Positions 1 through 8,367 of a stretch of DNA of 43,738 bases are shown here, in pieces (position 1 is the first letter of the stretch; the number at the start of each line of letters is the position of its first letter). The stretch comes from a virus. Below the pieces are notes generated by a model. The model was not told the DNA's origin. It saw only the letters and a program-made list of their open reading frames with translations, and did not search any database. The stretch covers positions 1 through 43,738 of IMG/VR virus record IMGVR_UViG_3300038701_001717. One strand, 5' to 3'. Position numbers and translations under genes: made by a program.

Positions 1-127
1 GCTTTTAAATTGGCAGAAAAGGCTAGCAACTCAGCAACAAAAGTTGGCAAGGTTGCAAGGCCATTGAGAAAACTTGGCACTGCATCAGCAGCAGTTTTTA
101 TTGGCTATGGAGCTGCAAAAGTCACTA
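1..127. repeat. Terminal direct repeat copy 1, an exact duplicate of 43612..43738 (circular-closure overlap)
   Basis: Read directly: gcttttaaattggcagaaaaggctagc...ggagctgcaaaagtcacta is identical at both window ends (127 nt). An ORF passes through it in frame. Confidence 0.95.
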
Positions 128-312
128 GAGGTTTCACCGGAGAAAAAAATGAATTGTTTGAGAGTGCTGTTGGAACTGGTTCAGCCGCCGCAGTATTAAA
201 TGCAAGAAATATATCAGAGAATTTGTTTCAATCAGGTCAATACCCAAAAGCTTCTATTAAAAAGTGGGGAAAGAAAGCTCTTAAAAAAATTGTTTCAAAA
301 GGTAAATTGTGA
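1..312 (+). CDS. 3' part of the junction-spanning CDS that starts at 43321 (RVIPI-tag paralog B)
   Basis: Track ORF 10..312 is in frame with 43321..43738. The TTG at position 10 is an internal Leu, not a start. The stop TGA overlaps the GTG of the next gene. Confidence 0.8.
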   Translation, partial: AFKLAEKASNSATKVGKVARPLRKLGTASAAVFIGYGAAKVTRGFTGEKNELFESAVGTGSAAAVLNARNISENLFQSGQYPKASIKKWGKKALKKIVSKGKL

Positions 313-1139
313 GTTTTTTTGAGAACAGTAAAGTAGAGACCCTTGCACAGAATCAGGTTGAGGAAGTGCAGGATCTCAATAAAAGAGAAGTGAAAAAGAT
401 GATGAAGCTCTATAAGAGCATTCGCCTTGAGCTTATTGATAGGCTTCACTCAATGCCAAAGGGAACTTTCACATCTCAGAGAATGAGATCCACTCTTGTT
501 CAAATTGATGCTGCCCTGGTGGAAATGCAGAGAATTCTGGGTAAGGGAATCAAAGAGAGCTCCATGATTCTTGGTGAGAGATCTTCTGAGGATCTCATCA
601 AAGAAATCAACACTTTTGACAAAGAGTTCACTGGTGCTGTTTTCCCACTAGATCTCGATGCTGCCCTGGTGGCTTCAAAGACTTCCAACTTCTTATTTGA
701 AAGACACGAGTCGAGTCTTGAAGCTTATAGCAAAGCTTTAAGACAGGACTTTGCCATGGAGCTTACTGAAGCTGTTTTAACTGGGAAGTCTAATTCTGAG
801 ATAGTAATGGAGCTGGGCCAAAAATTTAAAGGTGAACAATGGAAGCTTGAGCGAATAGCAAGAACAGAGCTCCATAATGTTTACAACATAGCAAAGATGG
901 ATGGAATGAAAGAGGTCAGAGACAGTGGTGATATTCCAGATCTTATGAAAACCCTTTTTCATCCAATGGACAATAGAACTGGAGCCGATTCAAAAGCTCT
1001 TAATCATAAGAATCCGAAGATTCCTATTGATGATCCGTTCAAATTTAAGTGGGGAGATCAGGAAAGAGTCTTTATGGCTCCACCAGATCGGCCAAATGAT
1101 AGAGCCATTTTGCTCCCCTATCGCAAGGACTGGAAATAA
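309..1139 (+). CDS. Phage head morphogenesis protein, SPP1 gp7 / Mu F-like
   Basis: 276 aa. ERIARTELHNVYNIAKMDGMKE is a typical MuF-family core. It sits downstream of the portal and upstream of scaffold and capsid. GTG start in a GTGA overlap. Confidence 0.8.
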   Translation: MSFFENSKVETLAQNQVEEVQDLNKREVKKMMKLYKSIRLELIDRLHSMPKGTFTSQRMRSTLVQIDAALVEMQRILGKGIKESSMILGERSSEDLIKEINTFDKEFTGAVFPLDLDAALVASKTSNFLFERHESSLEAYSKALRQDFAMELTEAVLTGKSNSEIVMELGQKFKGEQWKLERIARTELHNVYNIAKMDGMKEVRDSGDIPDLMKTLFHPMDNRTGADSKALNHKNPKIPIDDPFKFKWGDQERVFMAPPDRPNDRAILLPYRKDWK

Positions 1140-1190
1140 ATCGGCATGGGTCGATATTAAAAAATGAACATTTAACGGGAGGAGACTCGT

Positions 1191-1928
1191 ATGTCAGGAA
1201 CAAACGACGACAAAGATAAAAACAAAAATGTAAAGCCTAACCCTGGCGGTGAAGGTGGAGAAGGTGGATCTGGAAACGGTGAAGCTGGAGGAAATGAAGG
1301 CGCAGAAGGTAGCGAAAATCTAAACCCTGGTGGTGAAGGTCAAGGTACTGATGAGTTTGATTATAGTGATCCTGAAAAGGTTCAGAAAGAGCTCAAAAAA
1401 CTACGCAAAGAGAACGCCTCCCGTAGAGTATCTAGCAAAGAGGCCAACGAGAAGCTGGCCAAAATGGAAGAAACTCAAAAGAAATTAAAGGTCGCTTTGG
1501 GCCTTGAGGAAGAAGACGATCCGGCTGAGCAAGTTGAATCTCTTCGCTCTCAAAACGAAGCTTTACAGATGGAAATACAGCTCAACTCGATTGCGAGTGA
1601 ATTGGAAATTCCGGCGAAAGGTCAAAAGTATTTTAAATTTTTGATCCATGATCGTTTAAGTGAATTAGAAGAAGGTGAAGAACTTTCAGATGAGGATCTT
1701 GCCGAGATCGCCAAGGAAGTAAAGGGAATGGGTGGAAATGCCCCAAGTTCAACTGGTGTGAACAGTGGTGGCCAAGGTGGCGGTGGAAAAGCCCCATCAA
1801 AAGGTGATGAGATGACTGTTGAACAGTTTGGACAAATGTCTCTCACAGAGAAATCAGCCCTTTACCAAAAAAATCCAAAAGAGTATGAGCGCCTATTTTC
1901 AGCAGCAAAAGAAAAAGGGTTAGTTTAA
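1191..1928 (+). CDS. Capsid scaffolding protein (coiled coil with Gly/Glu-rich low-complexity ends)
   Basis: 245 aa. The N-terminus is NPGGEGGEGG low complexity, followed by KELKKLRKENASRR...EALQMEIQL helices. It lies immediately upstream of the major capsid gene. RBS GGGAGGAG. Confidence 0.7.
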   Translation: MSGTNDDKDKNKNVKPNPGGEGGEGGSGNGEAGGNEGAEGSENLNPGGEGQGTDEFDYSDPEKVQKELKKLRKENASRRVSSKEANEKLAKMEETQKKLKVALGLEEEDDPAEQVESLRSQNEALQMEIQLNSIASELEIPAKGQKYFKFLIHDRLSELEEGEELSDEDLAEIAKEVKGMGGNAPSSTGVNSGGQGGGGKAPSKGDEMTVEQFGQMSLTEKSALYQKNPKEYERLFSAAKEKGLV

Positions 1929-1942
1929 CTAAGGAGAATTAA

Positions 1943-2854
1943 ATGAGCGCAACTCAATCAAGTGATGTGGCCTTTGTGCCAAAGGTGTGGTCCGACCATA
2001 TAAACGCGTATTTCGACAGAAAAATGGGTTTAGGTTCGTTGGCCATGATGGATAAAACTCTTCAAGGGGAGCCAGGTGATACTGTCAATTTCCCTTACTT
2101 CAAGACTATCGGAGCAGCTCAAGAGCCTGCAGAAAATGAAGGTCTGGAAGTTGAAGCTCTCCAAGATGACGCTTTCAGCGTGACTGTTAAGGAGATCGGG
2201 AAAGCGATTGGTTGGAAAGATAAAGCACGACGCAAGTCTGCTGCCAACAAGCGTGGTATCAATCCGAATGGTCGTCAGGAAGGTGAAGGTCAACGTCAGA
2301 TCTCTCGTGTTTTCGCAGAGAAAGTTGATGCTGACATCATCACTGAGATCAATACCAATGGAAATTATGAAGCTGGTTATGTGGCTACTTCTTCAACTCA
2401 TACTTGTACTGTTCAAAAAATATTACAGTCCAAGATTACCGCTTTCGGTGACAAGCAAAGTGATGCCTTGGCAATCGCAATGCACTCACAGGATTTCTTA
2501 TCCATGATGACGGATTCAAACACTGGCTTTCTAAAAGCTGATGCTAATGATCCTTTTTATGGTCGTCCTGGTTTCGAGGGTCGTTTACTGGGAATGGCGT
2601 TGTTCACTTTGGACACTATGCCAGAGGTTAGCGGTGGAATTGACAGCACGACTGCTTATTACCACTTTATTTTCAAGGCGAATCCTTTCGGGATTTATAT
2701 GGCCGAAGATATGGACCCAGAAATGGATCGAGACATTCTCCATCGTGAGACTATCTTGGCAGCCACAATGTGGTACGGAGTGCTTGCACTTCATGGCAAG
2801 GTTTCTTCTAACGATAAGAGAATTGCTCGCGGAGCCTTCTGCGTATCAGCTTAA
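1943..2854 (+). CDS. Major capsid protein (HK97-fold type)
   Basis: 303 aa. Position after the scaffold, GDTVNFPYFKTIG-type N-terminal region, strong RBS AAGGAG, and a hairpin terminator directly downstream. Confidence 0.8.
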   Translation: MSATQSSDVAFVPKVWSDHINAYFDRKMGLGSLAMMDKTLQGEPGDTVNFPYFKTIGAAQEPAENEGLEVEALQDDAFSVTVKEIGKAIGWKDKARRKSAANKRGINPNGRQEGEGQRQISRVFAEKVDADIITEINTNGNYEAGYVATSSTHTCTVQKILQSKITAFGDKQSDALAIAMHSQDFLSMMTDSNTGFLKADANDPFYGRPGFEGRLLGMALFTLDTMPEVSGGIDSTTAYYHFIFKANPFGIYMAEDMDPEMDRDILHRETILAATMWYGVLALHGKVSSNDKRIARGAFCVSA

Positions 2855-2860
2855 TTGATT

Positions 2861-2884
2861 GGGGCTACCAAGCCCCTTTCTTCG
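2861..2884 (+). terminator. Rho-independent-type hairpin after the capsid gene
   Basis: GGGGCT-acca-AGCCCC stem-loop followed by TTTCTT. Confidence 0.6.
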
Positions 2885-2916
2885 TATATTTATTTTAATT
2901 TTTTCAAGGAGATATT

Positions 2917-3303
2917 ATGTCTTTAAGTAATGACAACAACCGTGGGAAGGTCAGCGTTTATGTGGGGACACTAGCCACTGATGACACTCAAGTTCCCGTT
3001 TGTCACTTCGCAAAAAAGGTGAAAATCCTTTCTGTGAAACTGATTAACAATGCTGTGGTAGCAGCTAATGATTCCAACTATGTTCAGCCTTCTCTCCAAC
3101 ACGTTGGCGGGAACGTAATTGCTGAACTTGACACCAGAGCAGCTCACGAAGGTGCGCTTGCGAAGAATGTTGGGAAAGCAATGAACATCGTTGAGGCCGA
3201 GCAATACGTTGCTGCTGGTTCGGATTTAGAACTTGATTATCAAGAAGCTGGAACAGTGACTCTCACTGCTGCCGTTCTTGAGATCGACTACTTAGAACTT
3301 TAA
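2917..3303 (+). CDS. Hypothetical head-module protein (possible decoration or auxiliary capsid protein)
   Basis: 128 aa with RBS AAGGAG. It is a single gene bracketed by two hairpin terminators next to the capsid gene. I recognised no family motif. Confidence 0.6.
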   Translation: MSLSNDNNRGKVSVYVGTLATDDTQVPVCHFAKKVKILSVKLINNAVVAANDSNYVQPSLQHVGGNVIAELDTRAAHEGALAKNVGKAMNIVEAEQYVAAGSDLELDYQEAGTVTLTAAVLEIDYLEL

Positions 3304-3310
3304 TATTTAG

Positions 3311-3336
3311 AGCGGGGAATTTACCCCGCTTTTTTA
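3311..3336 (+). terminator. Rho-independent terminator
   Basis: AGCGGGG-aattta-CCCCGCT stem followed by TTTTT. Confidence 0.75.
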
Positions 3337-3349
3337 ACGGGAGGATTTT

Positions 3350-3601
3350 ATGGGCGCAACGATGTCTCGTAGAAGAATTAAAGATAAGAAGAAGAAAAAG
3401 ATGACCTTAGTTCCAAATAATGGAGCTGGTGAATCTGAGATTGAGAAGAAAACGAAGAAGAAGACCACAACTAAAAAGGTGACTACTTCTAAGAAGAAAA
3501 CAGCCAAAAAAGCTGCGACTTCTAAAGCTAAAAAGAAAACAAAGAAGAAGGTCACAAAGGCTGCTCCTAAAAAGGCGACCAAGAAGACCAAAAAAAAGTA
3601 A
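3350..3601 (+). CDS. Poly-lysine, histone-H1-tail-like basic protein
   Basis: 83 aa. Sequence is KKKKKMTLVPNNG...KKTKKKTTTKKVTTSKKKTAKKAATSKAKKKTKKKVTKAAPKKATKKTKKK. It is preceded by TTTTAACGGGAGG. The antisense poly-Phe ORF is an artefact. Confidence 0.7.
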   Translation: MGATMSRRRIKDKKKKKMTLVPNNGAGESEIEKKTKKKTTTKKVTTSKKKTAKKAATSKAKKKTKKKVTKAAPKKATKKTKKK

Positions 3602-3614
3602 ACCTTAAGGGGGA

Positions 3615-3971
3615 ATGATGGCTTTCACTGAAACTGAAAAGGTGAAGATCCTAAGATATATAGGGTGGCCACCAACAACTATTGTCAGCACTTCCCTTGA
3701 TTATTCTAAGATTGTATCTGATCGACTTACAAACGCCAGCACAGTCACTCAGGGGCTCGTTAGAGAGCTCCTTGATAGAGTGGAGAAGCTAGACTTAAAA
3801 CTCGATACAGCCATTTCTCGTGCGGGTGTGAAGCAAATTGATGACATCACTCTGAGGGACAATGAGATTGAGATTCTGAGAAAGGAACGTCGAAAGATTT
3901 TCCGAGAGATTGCTCTCCTCGTTAATATAAGAATGATTGGTGGTTCGATGATGGGGACTGTCTGCGTATGA
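3615..3971 (+). CDS. Hypothetical head-tail joining module protein
   Basis: 118 aa with RBS AAGGGGG. Assigned by its position between the head and tail genes. Confidence 0.6.
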   Translation: MMAFTETEKVKILRYIGWPPTTIVSTSLDYSKIVSDRLTNASTVTQGLVRELLDRVEKLDLKLDTAISRAGVKQIDDITLRDNEIEILRKERRKIFREIALLVNIRMIGGSMMGTVCV

Positions 3972-4387
3972 GTGGAATAGTTGATGATCTCAAAGAAGGT
4001 TTAGATGACATCCTTGGAATCAGGGATGACATAGGTGCAGCCAAGCAAGAGGTCTATTTTCTCGAATACGAATTTAGTGGAACTGAACTTGGTGATGGAA
4101 CAAAAACCATGAAGTCAAAGGAGCGGATGCTTCCTACCCCACGAGTAGTCGAGTTCAAGCATCAGCTTGGAATAAAAGAGGGTGGAGCTGTAAAGCAAGG
4201 AGACATCTTACTCAAGATGGTTTCAAAAGCAAAATATCCTGACAAAGCCACTTTGGAGTTTTCAGGTTTAGAGAAGAACGTCGAAAAGTTTTATGAGATT
4301 GGCGGCAGGAAATACCGACCTATAGAGATTACTGAGAAGCATCTCACTTGGTCGATTCTCTGCAGACCATTATCGGGACAGAGGTAA
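3968..4387 (+). CDS. Hypothetical head-tail joining module protein
   Basis: 139 aa. ATGA overlap with the upstream gene. Confidence 0.6.
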   Translation: MSGIVDDLKEGLDDILGIRDDIGAAKQEVYFLEYEFSGTELGDGTKTMKSKERMLPTPRVVEFKHQLGIKEGGAVKQGDILLKMVSKAKYPDKATLEFSGLEKNVEKFYEIGGRKYRPIEITEKHLTWSILCRPLSGQR

Positions 4388-4389
4388 AA

Positions 4390-4848
4390 ATGGCAAAAGA
4401 ACCAGTAAACAAAAAAGGTCAGAAAGTAAGGTTTATCAGGAAAAATGGAAGAGTGATTCCCATTAAAGTAAAAGCTGGATCTTCTGCTGGTGGTACTGGT
4501 CTGAAAGGTAGGAAGAAAAAGTCAAAAGACCCTGCTTTAAGAAAACTAGAGAAAAACGCTTCGTCTTTATCTAAAAAAAGAGGTGCTGCCTATAAAAAGT
4601 CAATGTCTAGAAATAGGGTAGCCAATAAAGTTGGCGTGGCTGGGATGGCTGTGGCTGCGGGATCAGTTCTTTTTGGAAATAAAAAAGGTATCTTGGCAGG
4701 AGTAGCAACAACAGTGGGATCTCTTGGTTTTATCAAGGCAACAGGAGGAAAATCTAGTAAATTATTACGAAAAGAACTGGATGCTTACGATAAAGTAGAT
4801 TCATATAAAGCGAATAAAAAATATCAAAAAAATAGAACAGGAATTTAA
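4390..4848 (+). CDS. Basic Gly/Ala-rich protein, RVIPI-tag paralog C
   Basis: ATG at 4390 after RBS GAGG. The track start at 4348 would overlap the upstream gene. Translation is MAKEPVNKKGQKVRFIRKNGRVIPIKVKAG...VGVAGMAVAAGSVLFGNKKGILAGVATTVGSLGF. Confidence 0.75.
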   Translation: MAKEPVNKKGQKVRFIRKNGRVIPIKVKAGSSAGGTGLKGRKKKSKDPALRKLEKNASSLSKKRGAAYKKSMSRNRVANKVGVAGMAVAAGSVLFGNKKGILAGVATTVGSLGFIKATGGKSSKLLRKELDAYDKVDSYKANKKYQKNRTGI

Positions 4849-4857
4849 GGAGGAATT

Positions 4858-5013
4858 ATGAAAAAAGTAGGTGGAAAAAAATCATTGGATCAATTGGAAA
4901 TCGTTAGTCATCCGCAAAATCACAATGCTGGTTCTGCTAGAAATGGAAAAGCTCGTCCTTGTAATCCAGGTCTGAAGCCAAAGGATTCAACGATGGCGGT
5001 CCCTGGTAAGTAA
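4858..5013 (+). CDS. Small hypothetical protein (51 aa, below the ORF-track cutoff)
   Basis: Strong RBS AAGGAGG 5 nt upstream. Translation is MKKVGGKKSLDQLEIVSHPQNHNAGSARNGKARPCNPGLKPKDSTMAVPGK. TAATG overlap with the next gene. Confidence 0.55.
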   Translation: MKKVGGKKSLDQLEIVSHPQNHNAGSARNGKARPCNPGLKPKDSTMAVPGK

Positions 5014-5477
5014 TGGCTGTAAAAACGGTAAGACTTGAGGACTTTGCCAAAACTCTAGAAGTTGATGGCAAGCAAAGAACGGAAGATTTCAGGAAAGCGG
5101 TTGTCCGTGGAGCCATGAGATCCATTCCTGATCTTGTAGAAAATTCCCCAGTTGATACCGGACTCTATGCGGCTTCGTGGAGATTCGAGCCGAAAGAGTG
5201 GGGAGCTATCATTGGAAACTTTGCTCCTCATGCAGCAATTATCGAGGAAGGTGCAAGACCCTTCACTCCTCCCATGGGGCCTTTATTGGCGTGGGCAAAA
5301 AGGGTTTTAAAAGATCCAAGCACCCCACCAAATTATTCAAGCGAAGTCTGGGCTCTTGCTAAAGGAACCCAACTAAAAATTCAAAAGTATGGCATGAAGC
5401 CAAAGCACATTTTGCAGAAGCAAATTCCAGAGATTCTGGACAACATTAAAGATGAATATGAGAGGCTTCAAAAATGA
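5013..5477 (+). CDS. HK97 gp10-like head-tail / tail-completion protein
   Basis: 154 aa. SPVDTGLYAASWRF...APHAAIIEEGARP matches the HK97-gp10-family DTG-L..S / vE.G signature. Confidence 0.7.
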   Translation: MAVKTVRLEDFAKTLEVDGKQRTEDFRKAVVRGAMRSIPDLVENSPVDTGLYAASWRFEPKEWGAIIGNFAPHAAIIEEGARPFTPPMGPLLAWAKRVLKDPSTPPNYSSEVWALAKGTQLKIQKYGMKPKHILQKQIPEILDNIKDEYERLQK

Positions 5478-6085
5478 GTGAACCAAGAGCTCTGGATGCA
5501 GTACAAAAGGCTATTATCAAGCACCTTGAAGAAAATCTTCCTGGTGTTGATTCTGTGCTCGATGGTTTTCCAAATGTAAATGAAGAACTAAGTTTTCCAG
5601 CGGCTTCAATAATGATGAAAGATCCAATTCTTGATCTAGCCATGAACGAATACACAATTTCAAAATCAGAAGTCGAAGCCCCAGGAGATGGGGAGACTGG
5701 AGAGAAGTCTAAGATTCTCAGAGTTTATGGCGAATACACAATTGAAATGCAAGTTGATTTGTGGGCTGAATATAAGCCTCAACTAAGAACTCTCATGGAA
5801 GAATTTTCTAAACTATTTAATCCCTCGATTGGAAAGACAGGGATTTCTGTTCAGTTGGAAAATTACCATGATGAATATGTCACCTACACTTTAGAAAGGT
5901 TTAGGATTGTTGAGGGAGAAGCCGAAGCTCAAAGGAATGAGTGGAGAGCTATTGCTACGGTTTCGACTGGATGTCGAGCAATAAAAGAGCACCTAGAATA
6001 TCTCATGCACACTATCGAGAACAATATAGAAACACCAGATGAGATCGAAAGCGAGGATGATCCTAGCTATTTCGGAATCATTTAA
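5474..6085 (+). CDS. Hypothetical tail-completion / terminator-position protein
   Basis: 203 aa. ATGA overlap, immediately upstream of the sheath gene. Confidence 0.55.
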   Translation: MSEPRALDAVQKAIIKHLEENLPGVDSVLDGFPNVNEELSFPAASIMMKDPILDLAMNEYTISKSEVEAPGDGETGEKSKILRVYGEYTIEMQVDLWAEYKPQLRTLMEEFSKLFNPSIGKTGISVQLENYHDEYVTYTLERFRIVEGEAEAQRNEWRAIATVSTGCRAIKEHLEYLMHTIENNIETPDEIESEDDPSYFGII

Positions 6086-6100
6086 AACAAGGAGATTATA

Positions 6101-7909
6101 ATGCCTGGAATTTTTCGATCTACCGATCCCACAGTTTGGGACGACATAGACGGGATTTATATCAATGAGGTGACTCCCCCTCCTAGTGTAGTGGGAGCCG
6201 CCGCAAACGTAGCCATTTTGGTTGGACAAACTGAGCGGGGCCTTTCGGCTTTGACTGAGCTTGCCGGAACCCAAGATTTCTATGAGCGATTTGGTAGAAA
6301 TTCATCTTTCGGAGCTCACACAGCTCTATTAAATAAAAAAATGGGACGTATCAAGTTGATCCGAGTGGTCGCCTCTGATGCTGTCGTGGCTTCCAAAACA
6401 TTCGACACCAAGTTGACCTTTACGGCCAAGCAAGGCGCGGGAGTTTATGGGAATAGCTTGCAAGTAAAAATTGAACAAGGTTCAAGCTCTCGTCAAGAGA
6501 AGCATACAATCACTTGTGTTGCTGATGACTCTGATGATCTTGATGGAACTTTCTTCACTCTTCCTGATGAAGTTGGAACTGTTGGTTTTTGGATTGATAC
6601 GGATGACAGTGGTACTTCTGCACCAACAACTGGAGCGGATCGTGATGTAGAAATCTCAACCATTGTTACGGATGACGATGATGAAACCGTAGCCTCTAAA
6701 ATTGCGGCTGTCATAAATGCAGATTCTAAGTTCTCAGCGGTTGCCGTTGGTGCAGTGGTGACAGTGACTTGTTTGGCTTATAATGCCAATTCGGATTCTG
6801 CCGCTGCAAATACTTCAGGCTTCACAATAGCTCAAACAGTGGTTGGTGTTGATTCTGGGAAGAAATACACAGTTCGAGACAATGGATCAACAGCTCAACT
6901 TCCAGTCGAAGTTTTTGATGATGTGAAAATAGCTTCAATTACTTCATTCACTTTCTCAGGATCGCTCCTGATTAGTGTCGCGGTTGTTGATGATGCAAGT
7001 GGGGAGCCTGCAGACCAAGCTTATACAGCTTTGGAAAGTGGAGCAGATGGAACTGTCGCTGATACTGACTATGAAACGGCAATAGCTTTGGCTGCTGTTG
7101 AAAAAGCTGGGAATGTGATCTTCTTGGATTCTTACAATGATGCAAGAAATGTTTATCTCAAAACTCATGTGGCAGCCACTACTGATAAAATTGCGGTTCT
7201 TGGTGGAAGTTCAACTCAAACCTTTGCAGAGTGGATCGCGGATCTTGATAATTATCGAGATACTGATGGTCGAATGATCTATCCTTTTGGTTGGGTTGAG
7301 ACGCTCATAGGTGGGGTTCTAACGTACACAAGTCCAACAGCTTGGATTGGTTCAATCTTATCGCAAACAACTCCTTACAAGAGCTTGAGCGCGGTTGAAA
7401 ACGCATCCATGATGGCGGCGGTTACTTCTCTAAAGACTCCACTCACCAGAGCGCAGCAAGTTCAAGCAGACGCGGCTGGTGGGCTAACTTTTGAGTTTGA
7501 TGAAGATTTTGGATACTTGGTCAAAAATGCTGTTACCACTCAAATTGCTAACAGTGAGAAGAGAACAATCCTTCGTAGAAGAATGACTGACTATCTTACT
7601 TCAAGCATGGGTACTTATCTCAAAAATTACTCAAACGCTGTGAACTCTCAAGAGAACAGAATAGCTGTGAAGGGTGCCATGATGGACTTCATTAACCGTC
7701 AAGAAGTTGATGGGATCTTGCCAAAAGATTCAGAAGTTGAAAATGGCGTGGCAAAGTTGGTGGACACAGAATCCCTGAACACCAATAGCTCAATCGGTCA
7801 GGGGTTTTTTAAAATTGCTTACAAACAAAGAATTTACAGCTCAATGAGATACATAGTGCTCTCAATCGAGGTTGGAACTTCTGTGGTTGTAACCGAGCAA
7901 GCGGCGTAA
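6101..7909 (+). CDS. Contractile tail sheath protein (with an acidic insertion domain)
   Basis: 602 aa. The N-terminus MPGIFRSTDP...INEVTPPPSVVGAAANVAILVGQTERG is sheath-typical and the tube gene follows. An Asp-rich insertion lies at about aa 130-250. Confidence 0.85.
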   Translation: MPGIFRSTDPTVWDDIDGIYINEVTPPPSVVGAAANVAILVGQTERGLSALTELAGTQDFYERFGRNSSFGAHTALLNKKMGRIKLIRVVASDAVVASKTFDTKLTFTAKQGAGVYGNSLQVKIEQGSSSRQEKHTITCVADDSDDLDGTFFTLPDEVGTVGFWIDTDDSGTSAPTTGADRDVEISTIVTDDDDETVASKIAAVINADSKFSAVAVGAVVTVTCLAYNANSDSAAANTSGFTIAQTVVGVDSGKKYTVRDNGSTAQLPVEVFDDVKIASITSFTFSGSLLISVAVVDDASGEPADQAYTALESGADGTVADTDYETAIALAAVEKAGNVIFLDSYNDARNVYLKTHVAATTDKIAVLGGSSTQTFAEWIADLDNYRDTDGRMIYPFGWVETLIGGVLTYTSPTAWIGSILSQTTPYKSLSAVENASMMAAVTSLKTPLTRAQQVQADAAGGLTFEFDEDFGYLVKNAVTTQIANSEKRTILRRRMTDYLTSSMGTYLKNYSNAVNSQENRIAVKGAMMDFINRQEVDGILPKDSEVENGVAKLVDTESLNTNSSIGQGFFKIAYKQRIYSSMRYIVLSIEVGTSVVVTEQAA

Positions 7910-7919
7910 GGGAGGACTG

Positions 7920-8342
7920 ATGTCAGCAAGTTTAAGAGGCCATCAAGGCCAATTCAAAGTGTATGAAAATGGTCAGCCAGTCGAGCCAATTCCAATTACG
8001 AGTGTTGATATAAATCAAGACTCGTCCTTTTCGCGCACCTTCTATGTGGGGAATCCCGTACCAGAAGGCGATCAGGTTATGGAAGGTTTTTCTGGAACCA
8101 TTGAAATGGAAGTTAAGGACGACAGCATTGAGAGATTCATTGATGCCTTAATCACCAATAACCTAAATGGAATTGGAGTCAGTGATTACTCCATGATCTC
8201 CACTGAGGAATATGCCAACGGGCAAAATGCCTCTTATGTTTATTATGATTGCCAGTTCAAGCTTTCAAAAAGACAGGGTGGATCTCGTGACAAGATCACA
8301 AAGAGACTCGATTTTCAATGTAGTGGAAGACAAAGATTGTAA
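7920..8342 (+). CDS. Tail tube protein
   Basis: 140 aa, directly after the sheath gene. RBS GGGAGGA. Confidence 0.75.
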   Translation: MSASLRGHQGQFKVYENGQPVEPIPITSVDINQDSSFSRTFYVGNPVPEGDQVMEGFSGTIEMEVKDDSIERFIDALITNNLNGIGVSDYSMISTEEYANGQNASYVYYDCQFKLSKRQGGSRDKITKRLDFQCSGRQRL

Positions 8343-8367
8343 TTTAATAATTTAAACGGGAGGCAAT

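Noticed and set aside
1-127. Terminal repeats interpreted as LTRs, att sites or insertion-element ends
   Set aside because: The repeats are direct and exact, sit at the extreme contig ends, and are traversed in frame by a CDS. That pattern is a circularisation overlap. A genuine short DTR remains a formal alternative.
2208-2858. Alternative-frame + strand ORFs (99 and 105 aa) inside the major capsid gene
   Set aside because: They are fully nested in a strongly supported CDS, have no RBS, and their composition is unlike a real protein.
3334-3591. 85-aa poly-Phe/Val minus-strand ORF
   Set aside because: It is the mirror image of the AAG/AAA-rich poly-lysine gene. It is a composition artefact.
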